Source: Saccostrea echinata
Lineage: Eukaryota
Reading direction: 5' to 3'
NCBI RefSeq assembly: GCF_033153115.1
Contig: NW_026889755.1
Location: 2,914,001-2,978,000, forward strand
Length of the DNA: 64,000 nucleotides
The translations under genes and the position numbers were made by a program. Shown piece by piece: positions 37,273 to 49,600 of the stretch (its first letter is position 1; each line of letters opens with the position of its first letter). The notes under the pieces are model-generated. The model was given only the letters and a program-made list of their open reading frames with translations, had not been told where the DNA came from and did not search any database.

Positions 37273-40200
37273 AAACTAGTATTAATTGTAACGGGGACCG
37301 TTACAGATGTTCCCCAAACGCTCCCCAACTTCCTTTTGGTGTCTTATTCCCTGTAAGCTTCATTAAATAAGGCAATCAAGTATATTGGGTTTTTTTACGC
37401 ATTACACACGCGCGCACAGGCATGCATGTACAAAATGACCATGTCAACTTGTCTACATTTTTAATAATCTTTATATTCAAATTTCATTAAGAGATTAAAA
37501 AAAAAATTCGGCTATATTAAGTATATCTGTCATTTTACGCATTGCACGCGCGCGCACGTGCATGCATGTCCATGATGACCGTGTCATCTTGTCAACACTA
37601 TAAATATATCTACATATTTCGGGTATCAAATCATTTCATCCAAAAGTATAAAAGTTACAGCTATATCAAGTATATTGGTCATTTGAACATTGCATGCGCG
37701 CGCACATGCATGCATATGCATGTTGACAATGTCGTCTTGTCTACATTTATAATATGTCTATATATTCTGAGTATCAAAGCATAGCATCAAAAAATGTAAA
37801 AGTTATGGCTATATCAAGTATATTGGTGATTTTACTCATTGCACGCGCACGCACGTGCATGCAAATGCATGCATGTGCGCGCTGATCATATCATCTTGTC
37901 TACACTTCTAATATATATTTATATTCTGAGTTTCGAAGCAATTCATCCAAAAATATACAAGTTAAGTGTATATTATTCGTAAAGGTTATTTCAATCATTG
38001 CGCATGCGCACACGTGCATGAATGTGCATTTTGACCATGTCTTCTTGTCTACACTATTAATATATCCTGATATCCTGAGTATCAAAGCATTTCATCAAAA
38101 GAGTTGAAAGTTATGGCTATATCAAGTATATTTGTCATTTTACTCATTGCACGCGCACGCACGTGCATGCATGTGTGCGCTGATCAAGTCTTCTTGTCTA
38201 CACTTCTAATATATATTTATATTCCGAGTGTCAAAGCAATTCATCCAAAAATGTACAATTTAAGTCTATATCAATTGTATTGGTTATTTTAATCAATGCG
38301 CATGCGCGCACGTGCATGCATGTGCATTCTGACCATGTCATCTTGTTTACACTATTAATATATTCTTATATTCTGAGTATCAAAGTATTTCATCAAAAGA
38401 TATAAAAGTTATGGCTATATCAAGTATATTGGTCATTTTACTCATTGCACGCGCACGCACGTGCATGCACGTGCGCGCAAAATGACGTTCGTTCCGCAAA
38501 TCTACATAACATTCCTATTAACCCTAAAAAGGTTTCAACTCAATCGGATGTATAGTTTCGGAGATCACTCACGGACAAAAAAGTACCCAGGAAGAAAAAT
38601 AATAATAATAACTAGATACTTATTGCCTAGGCAATAACAGGTCTTCCGTTTTCTTGACTTCTTTGGAAAAAAAAACACAATCTTGTCAAAAAGATTACTC
38701 TAAATAATTAATAAAAGTTATCTCAAGGCTTCCAAAGATATGTAAATACAGATAAAAACAAACGGAATTACTTTTCTGTTTTCTTTATATACTTCGTCAT
38801 GAACGAAAGTGCTCCAAATGAATAAAATGTTCATTCTACACCTAAATTATTCACAACTGATCATCCCTAAAAGTTTCCATGAAAAACTACTCATATTTGA
38901 GACAACTTCCGGTTTTTCGGTTGGCACTTCCGATGAAAATAATTTGCATGGTCATGGTCTTTCTTACATCTGCATTAGCCAAACATTTCTGTAAAAAGTA
39001 AAAAAACTTCACTTTTTTGCATCGCTTCCTGTCACGACCGGAAGTGACGGCAACGTACGATTTTTACATGATGTAGATAAAATGGTGACTGACTATCAGT
39101 TCTGAAAGTTTTAGACTTCAGTCATATACTGTTTTTGAGCAATTAGGTGAACAAAGTTTCAATTTGAGGACAGAAAAACACGCGACCGGAAGTGCATTTT
39201 CCTAAGATGGTTGACTTCACACTAGACAATTGCAGTCTCAATAACATATGTAAAAAAAACATTGCAAAAACTTTATCAATAAGCGATATTTTTGAGAAAG
39301 TTAAAAATACCGATTACAAAGTTTCTCTCTTATAACCGGAAGTTGTCGTCTTTTGTTTCCAGTGAGACCAACACATATAGAAACGGTGAAAGAGATTCAA
39401 TTAAATGATGCAAATTTTATTTCAAAAGAGAAAATTTGAAATTTTTAATTTCTTTGATCACTTCCTGTAACGACCGGAAGTGACGGCTGACGCTATTAAC
39501 CCAAAGGGTTAAGCTTACTCCTTAAGTTCTATTACTCTTATAAGTATAGTGTCTTATTCTCTTACCGTTTCTGAGATCTCACTTTGACAAGTTCTTATTT
39601 TGCGGACAGTAAAACACGCGACCGGAAGTGAATTTTACCAAGATATTTGACGTTACTCTAGACATTTGCAGTCTAAATAACCTATCTAAAAACCATTTCA
39701 AATACTTCAACCATAAGCGATATTCATGGGAAAGTAAAATACTAAAATTATGTACTTTTTCGCTTATAACCGGAAGTTGACGTTTTTGTTTCCGGTGGGA
39801 CCAACATATTTCGAAACTGCAAAACAGATTCAATAATGTGATGCAAGATTTAATTAAAATAAGAAAAGTTGAAATTTTCGATTTCTTTGATCACTTCCTG
39901 TGACGACCGGTAGTAACAACTGACGAATCTAAACCAATTCTGCAAACCTACTTGTCATGATCTATCACTCGTGAAAGTTTGGTATTTTAAGCTTTTACCG
40001 TTTCTGAGATCTCGTCCGGACATGATCTCTTTTGAAAAAACGGAAATCGGACATATCTGACGACCGGAACTGAATTTTGCAAAATCCTTCAAAATGTTTT
40101 AAGTTTATTATATTTGTCATAAACTCTGAAAGTTTCAAGAAAATCCACCAAGCCATCTCTGAGAAATTGCTTGGACAAAAAACGGGAAAAAAATAATAAT

Positions 40201-40316
40201 AATAAACAGTAGAATCACTATAAGGTCTTCCGTCTGAAACGGAAGACCTTAATAATAATAATAAGAAACAGAGTAAAAACAATATGTTCCCAAACTTCGT
40301 TTGGGGAACATAATAA
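37273..40316 (-). mobile_element. HINE (outer) with ~150/300-bp units rich in alternating RY (GCACGCGCACGTGCATGC)
   Basis: 5' palindrome ATGTTCCCAAAC-TTC-GTTTGGGGAACAT (40284-40311). 3' subTIR ATGTTCCCCAAAC and hairpin TGTAACGG-GGA-CCGTTACA (37287-37319). (TAA)n microsatellite. Confidence 0.85.
38611..40252 (-). mobile_element. HINE (inner) with ~435-bp units, nested in the (TAA)n tract of the outer HINE
   Basis: 5' palindrome AAGGTCTTCCGT-CTGAA-ACGGAAGACCTT, 3' subTIR AGGTCTTCCGT and hairpin TTATTGCCTAGGCAATAA. CTTCCTGT..CGACCGG recurs at ~39025, ~39461 and ~39894. Confidence 0.85.
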
Positions 40317-40481
40317 CGTAGACAAGATCACTAGGCTAGTACTGACTAGGTGTCATAATGTTACTCGAAACATATGTTGAACATACGTTGCAATTTTACC
40401 TGTGTACACTGAAAAAAAATTCTGTGCAGTATCCAATGTACTCTGTCCGGTTGGAAAAACATGATAATCAGTTAAATGTAT

Positions 40482-40532
<51 letters not shown>

Positions 40533-41196
40533 CTTCCTAACATATAAATCCTGCATGAAACAGATTATGTGTCATTTCCTTTAATGGGCATCATGCATTT
40601 GTTTATGTATAGAGTGGTACATTTCTTCCGTAATTCTTTTAATTTTCTATTTTGATTGACAGAAGGAGGAAAATCCAGAAGGTAACCAAAAATCATTTAA
40701 CTTCATTATGTTTTAAATGTTCCAATGATCTAACTTATCAGATTTATTATGTTTGTTTTATGTATACTTACATTATATTTACTAAATGAGATACACCAAA
40801 AGTGCAAATTCCGCCTCATTGACAATAAATATCGTTAAAATTATTATTCATCACAGGAACAAAGTAATATTTCGAATTTTTAAAAAAACATAGTTTGATC
40901 CGAAAAATATTTAAAACTTCCTCATAAGTAATTTAAAGAAATTATTTACCAAGGCAGCATATGAAATTGTGATCCTGCAGATAAACATGTTCATAGTAAC
41001 CTGTATTACTTGGCTGTGTCCAATACGTTGTTTGATGCAAACAATCTTAGTAACAATTAATTTTCTACCGTCATTTGCAAAAAATGACAATCTAGGGCTG
41101 TACCTTTATTGAAATGGAAAACATGTCTTCATTCCCTTTGGGTACTTCTGTACTTATCGGATATTGATATGAAACGTAATCATTCTTGTAATTTCT

Positions 41197-41457
41197 TTGT
41201 TTAACGTCTTCTATTTTTTTTATTCATATTGAGAAGCAACTACTTGACAATGAAGAGCTATAAATTTAGACATGTACTCAGCACTAAAGGCCGTCAATAA
41301 GTAAGGGATCTTTTTCGTGCCAAAACCTAACAGAACCTTGATTCATCAGTTCTTATCCGAAGAACCGCTCTCCACATCCTGCAGTTGGATTGGAACTGCC
41401 AACATTTATTTTGTGATTCTCGGGCAAACCTTTAAAAACTGCTCCACGCGGGCGACT
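41197..41457 (-). mobile_element. Old SINE copy
   Basis: TTGTTTAACGTC tail and AAATTTAGAC...GGGATCTTTTTCGTGCCA match the reverse complement of the SINE body. Confidence 0.55.
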
Positions 41458-42465
41458 AGATTTAACAGTAGTGAAATCTAACTACTGCGCCAAGCGACTA
41501 CAGTAGTGAAAGAGTTTGTTTCTCTTTATGCATAAAATGGTCCTGTTCATTTACCAAATACTTAATAAGATTGTATCCCCCATTTCAAATACGGAAGATA
41601 TGAACATGATAAAGTAGAGCTTTCAATTCCTGTAAAAAATTGTCTAAAAGTCCAGGTATTAAGACACGTACAGTGCTTGTGTAATTGCAGTGTTCATAAA
41701 TATTGAACTTAGAATTGAAATATGAGCGCATCTTTCTATCCAAAAAATAGAGCATGTTAAAAGAGTTCCTTCATTAGATATTTGCACTGTTTGGATCCGG
41801 GGATGAATAAAGTAATTGAGAACCAGTGTAATTTTGTGGCCAGTTTGAAATGTTCAGAATTTGAGAATAATGACGAAATTCACATCGCCACAATACATGG
41901 ACTAGTGGGAAAATTATATTTTAAACGGATAAACAGTGACCAAAGGTCTAAATGACACTCAATAGAATGTTAACTTAAACTGAGCAGTTTTCGTTTTTCA
42001 GAAATTCACAGGGCCAAAAAAAAAGTCTTCAGTAAACCTTGGCTCTTTTATAAAGGTAAAATATTGGGTATTCATTCTTATGTCTATTCTATCTCTTTGT
42101 TTAATTAGATGTTATACTTTGAAAGTTTGTTTTATTGGGGGAGATCTGAGTAAAAATACTGGCATTTTTCAGGAAGGTGCCCAATTTGGAAATGGTTACA
42201 CAATTAGCTTCAGAAGGTGTAGAGCAGTAGCATATTCATAACATTATGTATTTGTCGAAGTCGTTAAATATTTTGAAAATTATTATTTCAATTCTCAACA
42301 TTTTTACGTGTGTCTTTCAGCTGACTTGTTTCATACTGATTGTTAAATGTAGGCCTTGGTTTTTATACTGAATTCGATTACGGAATGTATTATTTTGATT
42401 TTTTTTTTTTTTGGTTTCAAAGGATAACTACGGTTATTGGCTTTAGAGTGCTGTATATAAATTTA

Positions 42466-42860
42466 CATTCTCTATACAGAAGTTTCATCCCTGCTACGCT
42501 CCAACACACCCCTCTGTCAACGCTTGTTATACAAGATTCTTGGAAAAATTGTTAATAATCATTTCTCAACTAAAACCAGGATTTATTTTAATCTATTACC
42601 CCTTAAAAGGATTTTTTGAATAACGTTTTTTTTTCTCTCAATTTTTGGCTGCAAAATAGTTACACCTTTTGAAAAAATCGTTTTGAGGTATGATAGATTT
42701 ATAATAAATGATAAATTATCATCTTTATTAATAATTACAGTAATTAATTTCTACTTTAATTTCAAATTCTCACTGTTTAAAACCTGTACAAGAATCTTGT
42801 ACAACGAGCGTTGACAGAGGTATTGTGAGCGAAGCGGAAGACATCTCTGAATAGAGAATG
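42466..42860. mobile_element. MITE with perfect 9-bp TSD (Mutator-like), same family as 19745-20205
   Basis: CATTCTCTAT...ATAGAGAATG termini. ATAAATTTA at 42457-65 and 42861-69. Confidence 0.88.
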
Positions 42861-44275
42861 ATAAATTTAGAGACATAATTCTTCAGATTGTAAAACGTTT
42901 TTATTTACCAATTTACGGAAATGTGTAACGCATGTGTTTCTAGATATCTCATGTTTTCTATTTTCAGATGATATAAATAGGTTTTTTTTCGTTTTCCTGG
43001 TTATTTTGCGCTAGAAAGTTGTTTATTTGTAAAGGAGTTAACAAGTGCATATTTAAGATTTTTTAACATTTCCTTGAGAGTATAAATAATTATTCAAAAT
43101 TAAAAAAAAATCTGAACGATTAATCCATATATTGAATCCTAGCGTGTAATAGTCGGGGATAGAATTATATATTTTTTTTCTGCTCTTAACTCTATAAATC
43201 ATCAAAGAGGTTAAGTAATACCGATACTGTGAAATCATTTTAATTCGTGGGGAAGCATTTTTTTTTTAGTTCATGGGGAAGTTATCTTGTGTGTAACTCG
43301 TTTATGCGGTAGGTTCAATGAAACAGTATGTTAACAATTAATCGTGGGGATGTAAATTTGTGGTTTAGGGTGACCCACGAACATCATCAGTATTCTACCA
43401 GAACTTAATGTTGCTTCAAATCAAAAACATAACATTATTTTTGGTCACAATTTTTACTTTTGTAGAAAAAGAAAAGAAAAGGGATGAACCAACCAATAGT
43501 AGTAGTAAGTGTGGATAACGGCTATTGATCAACTAACTACCACATTGTAGTGGCGTTTACTTTTAAAAAGTTTTCCAATGGATATTTCTGAAATGTATTG
43601 TCTTCCCACAAATTTTTATTAAAATAGAAAATTTGGTGTTATGACTGATACATTGTATATAATGCAATATTATAATAAATTCATCTTTTGTTTTGAGAAT
43701 GTAATACTTTTGGAAAGATATGTATTTTTAAAAAGTAACTTTTATGGAGAAAAACATAAATTGTGTTTGAGTATTTAGTGTCAGAATTTAGCACAAAATA
43801 CATGTATTGTTACAGTGAAAGAATCAATTTGTCACCCAAGATTTTCTTCTTTATTCAATGTTAAACAGTTTTTGTACAGGTGAAAAAAAAGACTTTCTTT
43901 TACAAACATTGACATGTCCAACTAATGGATTCCTATTGTATTTTAGTAAATAATTTTCCTATGAGCTTTTAGAGTCAGATGTTCAATAAGCATGATAATC
44001 AAATAATTACGTAATAGTGTTAATCTCTTTTGTGATTTTGTCTTTTTGGTTAAGAAGGCCTAAGGGTCTGAGGTCAAGCACAGGTGTTCAAATTTACTCA
44101 ATTACTGTGGCGGTCATTTTTTATGTCACATGATCACTCCGTTTAATTAATATTCTTTATTCGGAAAATTTTCACAACTTTTGGCTATTCACTAAAGAAA
44201 TACTAAATTTTGATTGGCTGAAATCCTGTAATCCAAAGACGCGGAATCGTAGGTGAAAATGCACCCTAGCTCGGT

Positions 44276-45200
44276 CACTTTCATCGACGATTCCGAGAAA
44301 TAAACTTCAGTTAATTAAAAATATATTTTCTTTATTCTTTGGATATTTACAGGTATGTAAATCATATATTTTTCAGTTAATTGATTCATTTTCCATTAAA
44401 GCAATTCTGTCTATTTCATAAATAATTTTGAAAAATATTAAGTATTCTATTGATTAAGTATTTTTATTTATTTCTTTTTTTTCTAAATTTGAGCTTTGAA
44501 TTAAGTTTCCTTTAAAGATTTTATTGTTGCATAATCTTTATGCATAGTGACCTCATTTAGTCTTTTATAGTTTATAGTTGCATGTTTTATTGTAATAAAT
44601 GGGTTTAGCGACAGTCTCAAGTAAAGTGCATTGTTCTTAGAAAAGTTATTTGTAATTTAGCGCCATTATATTCATTTTGCGTTCTTTAATGTAAGGAGGT
44701 AAAAATGTTATTTGTTTATGTTTAAAAACGCTGGAAAAGTAAAATGACTTTAGAGTTAAAATCGTAAGTAAACAAGCTTTTGATTGTTAAGATTAATGTT
44801 AGATTTAAATACTTTCTAGTTCAGTCTATTTGTAATTTTAGTTCTTTATTGATCAAAGTCAAGAGATGCGTGTAGCGTTGATAAGGATCGTTTCGAATTT
44901 TCTCTGTGTATGAATTAGAACCTTGAGACTGTCAGCTGTACTGATGTGTAGTTTAGGTTTATTTTTGGTATCTACGTTGTGTTAAAATGTCACGTCACAG
45001 AGGGATTTTTCTCAAATTGTTTAACCCTCTGTACAGTCACCTGATCTAACTTTAAAACGTATTTTTATAATATTTTGAATTAATTGTGTAACTGGTGACT
45101 GTTTGTTTAAAAGCATTACATTGCACTTTCATCGACGATTCCGAGAAATAAACTTCAGTTAATTAAAAATATATTTTCTTTATTCTTTGGATATTTACAG
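44276..45200 (+). repeat. Identical 77-bp direct repeat (44276-44352 and 45124-45200) bracketing a GT-AG intron candidate (44353-45200)
   Basis: The two copies are identical by eye. Copy 1 is followed by GTATGT; copy 2 ends in a pyrimidine tract + CAG. Each contains AATAAA. Confidence 0.9.
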
Positions 45201-45342
45201 CCACCGTAGAGGACAAACCAAATACTGCCCACGAGTAGAGCAAATCCAAATACGGAGTAAAGAATTTACAAAGCGAATGATTCCCCAAATTAATATATAT
45301 ATAACAAGTTCACGTATAACCCCAAAAGAACAACGTGACAAC

Positions 45343-45351
45343 TGGTGGAGA
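45343..45351 (+). promoter_or_regulatory. Primer-binding site (TGGTGGAGA, tRNA-Ala-like, short match)
   Basis: 2 nt after the LTR-terminal CA. Confidence 0.6.
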
Positions 45352-45376
45352 CCTTCCTTGAGATCCCCAATCTCGT

Positions 45377-46621
45377 ATGCCCAAGTACAACTTAAGGAAA
45401 AGACGAAACATGTCAACCGGAACGCCCGAGAATGCCTCGACTTCCACACAGGCAGAACCAGCTAATCTTCAGGCAGAAATCATGGCTAGGGTCCATGAGA
45501 AAAATGAGGAAATCGAAGTACTTAAACAAAGAGTGGAGGCAGAAAAGCAACGACAAGAGCAGAAGGAGCAGGAGCTGGCCTCAATGAGACAGCAGTTACT
45601 GGTGCTCAAGCAACAACAACAGCAGCAACAACAGCAGCAACAGCAGCAAGTACCAACACCCCCACCACAAATGCAACAGCAAGCCAGTCCTAGCCTAGTG
45701 CCAGCTACAACAAAACTGTCCAACATCAAGCTGGAGAAATTTGATGGAAAAACATCTGCTGTTCAGTGGTGGATGAAATTTATGGCTTTTATTTCCATAC
45801 AAGGTCTTTCAGAACAGACAGCCATCCTCCACTTACCCTTCTTCTTAATTGGAGCAGCAGAGACGTGGTTTAATTCATTGGAAATGGTAAAAAAATTAAC
45901 ATTAAGTTCAATTCAAGAAGCCTTCATCAACCGTTTCAAGCCACCATCAAACCATGCCTTTGATCTTCTAGACATGCACCAAGGACTTGCAGAGAGTGTT
46001 GAGGAATTTATACATAGGGTAACAGAAAAAGCAACGGACTTGAAAATGGACACCAATCAGACCATGGGTAAAATAATCAGAGGCTTAAAACCAAAAATAA
46101 AAGCAGATATGGTAAAAGTCAACCCTAAAACCATGGAGGAACTTCGAACTCATGCTATGCTTGCAGAGATGGCCCAAACCATTAGTAATGACGACAATGT
46201 ACAGTCTGCAACCAGTGCCGCAGTATGCAGTGCAATGACATCCCTGGAGGAACGGATGAGTGCTCTGGAGACGTCGAATATCAACATGCTCCAGCAGGCC
46301 AGACGTTTCAACAACTCAACCCCACAGAAGCCCTCCTTTAACAACGCCCAAGGCCAGTCACAGAGGGGTCCTCAGCGCCATGGGTACAGGGAGCCTGAGC
46401 CGAAGAACCAGAGTCCCAAACAGAGGTCCTCCCAGCGTTGCTACAGATGTGGTGAGTCTTGTGATTCATTTTATAATTGTAGAGCCAGAAATCAAAAATG
46501 CATGTATTGTGGTAGATTTAATCATTTATGGGGATGCTGTCGTAGATTAGAAAATGACCTTAAAAATGGTAGAGTTCCACGTACTGACATACAGTCCTTG
46601 ACTACTAATAATTCTGCATAG
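45377..46621 (+). CDS. gag: Gag of element 2 (coiled coil, poly-Q, capsid, two Cys knuckles)
   Basis: Intact 414-aa ORF with KLEKFDG..W, LIGAAETWF, Q...ESVEEF, RGLKPKIK, CYRCG...C and CMYCGRFNH...C. Confidence 0.93.
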   Translation: MPKYNLRKRRNMSTGTPENASTSTQAEPANLQAEIMARVHEKNEEIEVLKQRVEAEKQRQEQKEQELASMRQQLLVLKQQQQQQQQQQQQQVPTPPPQMQQQASPSLVPATTKLSNIKLEKFDGKTSAVQWWMKFMAFISIQGLSEQTAILHLPFFLIGAAETWFNSLEMVKKLTLSSIQEAFINRFKPPSNHAFDLLDMHQGLAESVEEFIHRVTEKATDLKMDTNQTMGKIIRGLKPKIKADMVKVNPKTMEELRTHAMLAEMAQTISNDDNVQSATSAAVCSAMTSLEERMSALETSNINMLQQARRFNNSTPQKPSFNNAQGQSQRGPQRHGYREPEPKNQSPKQRSSQRCYRCGESCDSFYNCRARNQKCMYCGRFNHLWGCCRRLENDLKNGRVPRTDIQSLTTNNSA

Positions 46622-49600
46622 GGATTCGAGCCTGTCTTTAGGAAAGTTTCTAAAGATGGGCACAATGACAAATGTCCTAGGGTAAATGTGGTGACACATA
46701 TGTCCAAAAACACAGTCAAAGTTAGCATTAAGGGACAAACAACTAGTGCTCTTGTAGATTCAGGTGCTGCAGTGACAATTTTAAGTAAGGTGTTCTTTGA
46801 AAAAACCGCTTATTGTGGGTCAAAGTTGCAAACTCCAGATTTCCCTCATGTGATAGGTGCTAGTGGTCGACATTTAAAAGTGCTAGGCAAAACAAATATT
46901 GAATTTGCAATTAATGGTACTAGATACACCTTTTGTGCCCATATTGTTGATGGTTTACATCACTCCTTTATTTTAGGAATTGACTTTTTGTGTGCTTCTA
47001 ACACCACACTAACCTTTGCTGATACTAACACAATGCACATTCCAGACAAAAATGGTGCACCAAATGTTTGTGTAATTAACACTAATGCAGGGTTAGCCAG
47101 ACTTACTCACCCAGTAGAGTTACCAGCTAGGTCAGAATTGATTGTTCAGGTCAAAATTTCACGCCAACAACAAGACAGAGAAGTGCTACTTGAGCCACAT
47201 GATAAACTTTTAGCTAAAAAGTTAGGTGCTGCAAAATGCCTTGTTAAGGTTCACAAACAAAAGGGTGTCATCAGAATTATGAATCCTCACTGCTACGAAA
47301 TTTGCTTGCCCCAAAATTATGTTGTTGCTCATGTTATGGAAATAGAAGAAAATCACATTTTTCCTTTAGACTCAACATCAAAACATCATAATGGCAAATG
47401 CAATATTCCTCAGGTCAATCAGATCACTCCAGAAATTCAAAAACAAACTGAAATTCATTTCAATCTTGACAATGCAGATTTGGATTCTTCTCAAAAGCAA
47501 ATTCTGTTAGACTTTTTGGCTAAACACAGGGACAATTTTGCTCTTGATTTAACAGAATTAGGCAAAACAGGTATACACAAACACCACATAGAAACCAAAC
47601 CTGGCTCACGACCTGTTCGATTACCCTTTTACAGAACATCTCCACATTCATCTAGGGAAATTGATAGACAAATACAAGAGATGCTTGACAATGACATTAT
47701 TCAGCCATCTAACTCTGAATGGCACTCACCAGTGGTTCTTGTCAAAAAGAAAAACAATACATACAGGTTTGCATGTGACTATCGTGCATTAAACAAGATC
47801 ACAATTCCCATGTCATTTCCCTTGCCACATATTGAGAGTGTGTTTGATGCCATAGGTGAAGCTAAAGCAACATACTTTACCAATCTCGATTTGATGTCAG
47901 GATTCTGGCAGATGGAGTTAGATGAAGGTAGTAGGCAAAAAGCAGCTTTCATCACACAAAGTGGTGTTTATGAGTGGAAAAGAATGCCTTTTGGATTACA
48001 AAATTCTCCAATTTCTTTCCAAACATTAATGGCAAATGTTCTCAGAGGTTTGAATTGGAAATCCGTGCTCGTTTATGTAGACGACATTTTGATTTTTTCT
48101 AGCTCTTTCGATGAACATCTCAAACATTTAGGCCATGTTTTTGAACGTCTAAAAGAAGCAAATTTAAAATTACAGCCCACAAAATGCCACTTTGCTGTGA
48201 AAAAGCTCAAATTTTTAGGTCACATTATTTCTAAAAATGGTATTCAGGTAGACCCAGAAAAAACCAAAGCCATGAGTGAATTTCCCACTCCCAAAACACA
48301 AAAACAGATCCGTAGTTTTTTAGGAATGGCAAATTACTACCGTCGTTTCATTCCTAACTTTGCAAAAATTGCAACGCCCTTAAATGCCCTATTGTCCAAA
48401 GAGAAAAGGTGGGAATGGACAGAAGCTTGTCAAGAAGCTTTCTTAACACTTAAAAACAAATTGGTAAGTGCTCCAATCCTTTCCTACCCTGATCCAAACA
48501 GGCCATTTATTCTTACATGTGACGCCTCAGACACCTCAGTTGGTTATGTGTTAGGTCAATTGAATGACGAAAACAAAGAATATGTTGTGGCATATGGAGG
48601 TAAGTCACTTTCTCCAGATCAACGCAAATTCACAACAACTGAAAAGGAATGTTTAGCAGTTTTAACTGGCATAGAGGCATATCGACCATACTTAGTTCAT
48701 GGTAAGTTTACAGTTGTGACAGACCACAAGGCACTAGTATGGTTACAAACAGCAAAGCATACAGGTAGGTTAGAAAGATGGGCGCTAAAATTACAAGAAT
48801 ACTGTTTTCAAATGGTACATCGTCCCGGCAAAAGTAATTGTGTTGCAGATGCGCTAAGTAGACGACCGTATCCAGACACTGAGGTAAGTAGTCAAACAAT
48901 CAGTTCACTTGAAAACATTGCCACACTCACCTCTGAAGAAAATACAGCAGTAGTGAGTTCATCAGAAGACACTGAAGAAGAAAGATGTCCTCTTTTTGTT
49001 TACCTAGGATACTCTGATGATCCCAAAGAAATAAATGTACTTTCCACAGAAGAGGTAAGTGATACAGAACCCCCATCAGTCAATTTGACAGACCTTCCAA
49101 AACTGCAGCAAGAGTGCCCAGATTTTCAGCATATTTATGCATATCTAAAAGACAATATACTTCCAGACGATGCCAAAACCAAACAGGTAACAGTAGCAGA
49201 AGTTAGACACTTTGACTTAGTTAATGGAATTCTTTACCATTGGTACCAGAGAAGGGTAAAGAAAGCAGTAGATGATGAGGTAAAACATGTCAGACAAATA
49301 GCCCTCCCAAGAGTCCTACGGCAAGAGCTTTATTTGCATATCATGATAGCCTTGCAGGAGGTGCCCACTTAGGCATAGAGAAGGTCAGACATGCTTTGGT
49401 ACTGAAATATTATTGGCCAAAGATGTATCAGGATGTTATAGATTATGTCAGGTCATGTGATAGGTGTCAGCGTGCAAAACGTGACTACAATCCCTCAAAC
49501 CCTCCAATGAATCCCCTACCCCCAGCTAAGCGCTTTGAACGCTGGCACATTGACATTCTAGGGCCACTATATAAAACAAAAGAAGGGTTTGAATACATTT

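Larger units (their letters stand above)
25669..40404. mobile_element. Non-autonomous CAC...GTG (EnSpm/CMC-like) DNA transposon expanded to 14.7 kb by nested insertions
   Basis: TIR CACAGGTAAAATTGCAACGTATGTTYAACATATGTT at 25669, inverted and ending at 40404, with TA on both sides. AACATATGTT subterminal repeats resume after the Gypsy insertion (34995-35125). Confidence 0.85.

Noticed and set aside
44106-45206. Solo LTR of another element (TGTGGC...GCCACC) as the explanation for the 77-bp repeat
   Set aside because: The end is not CA, the flanks (TTAC/GTAG) are not duplicated, and 77 bp is too long for a TSD. Not fully excluded without other copies.
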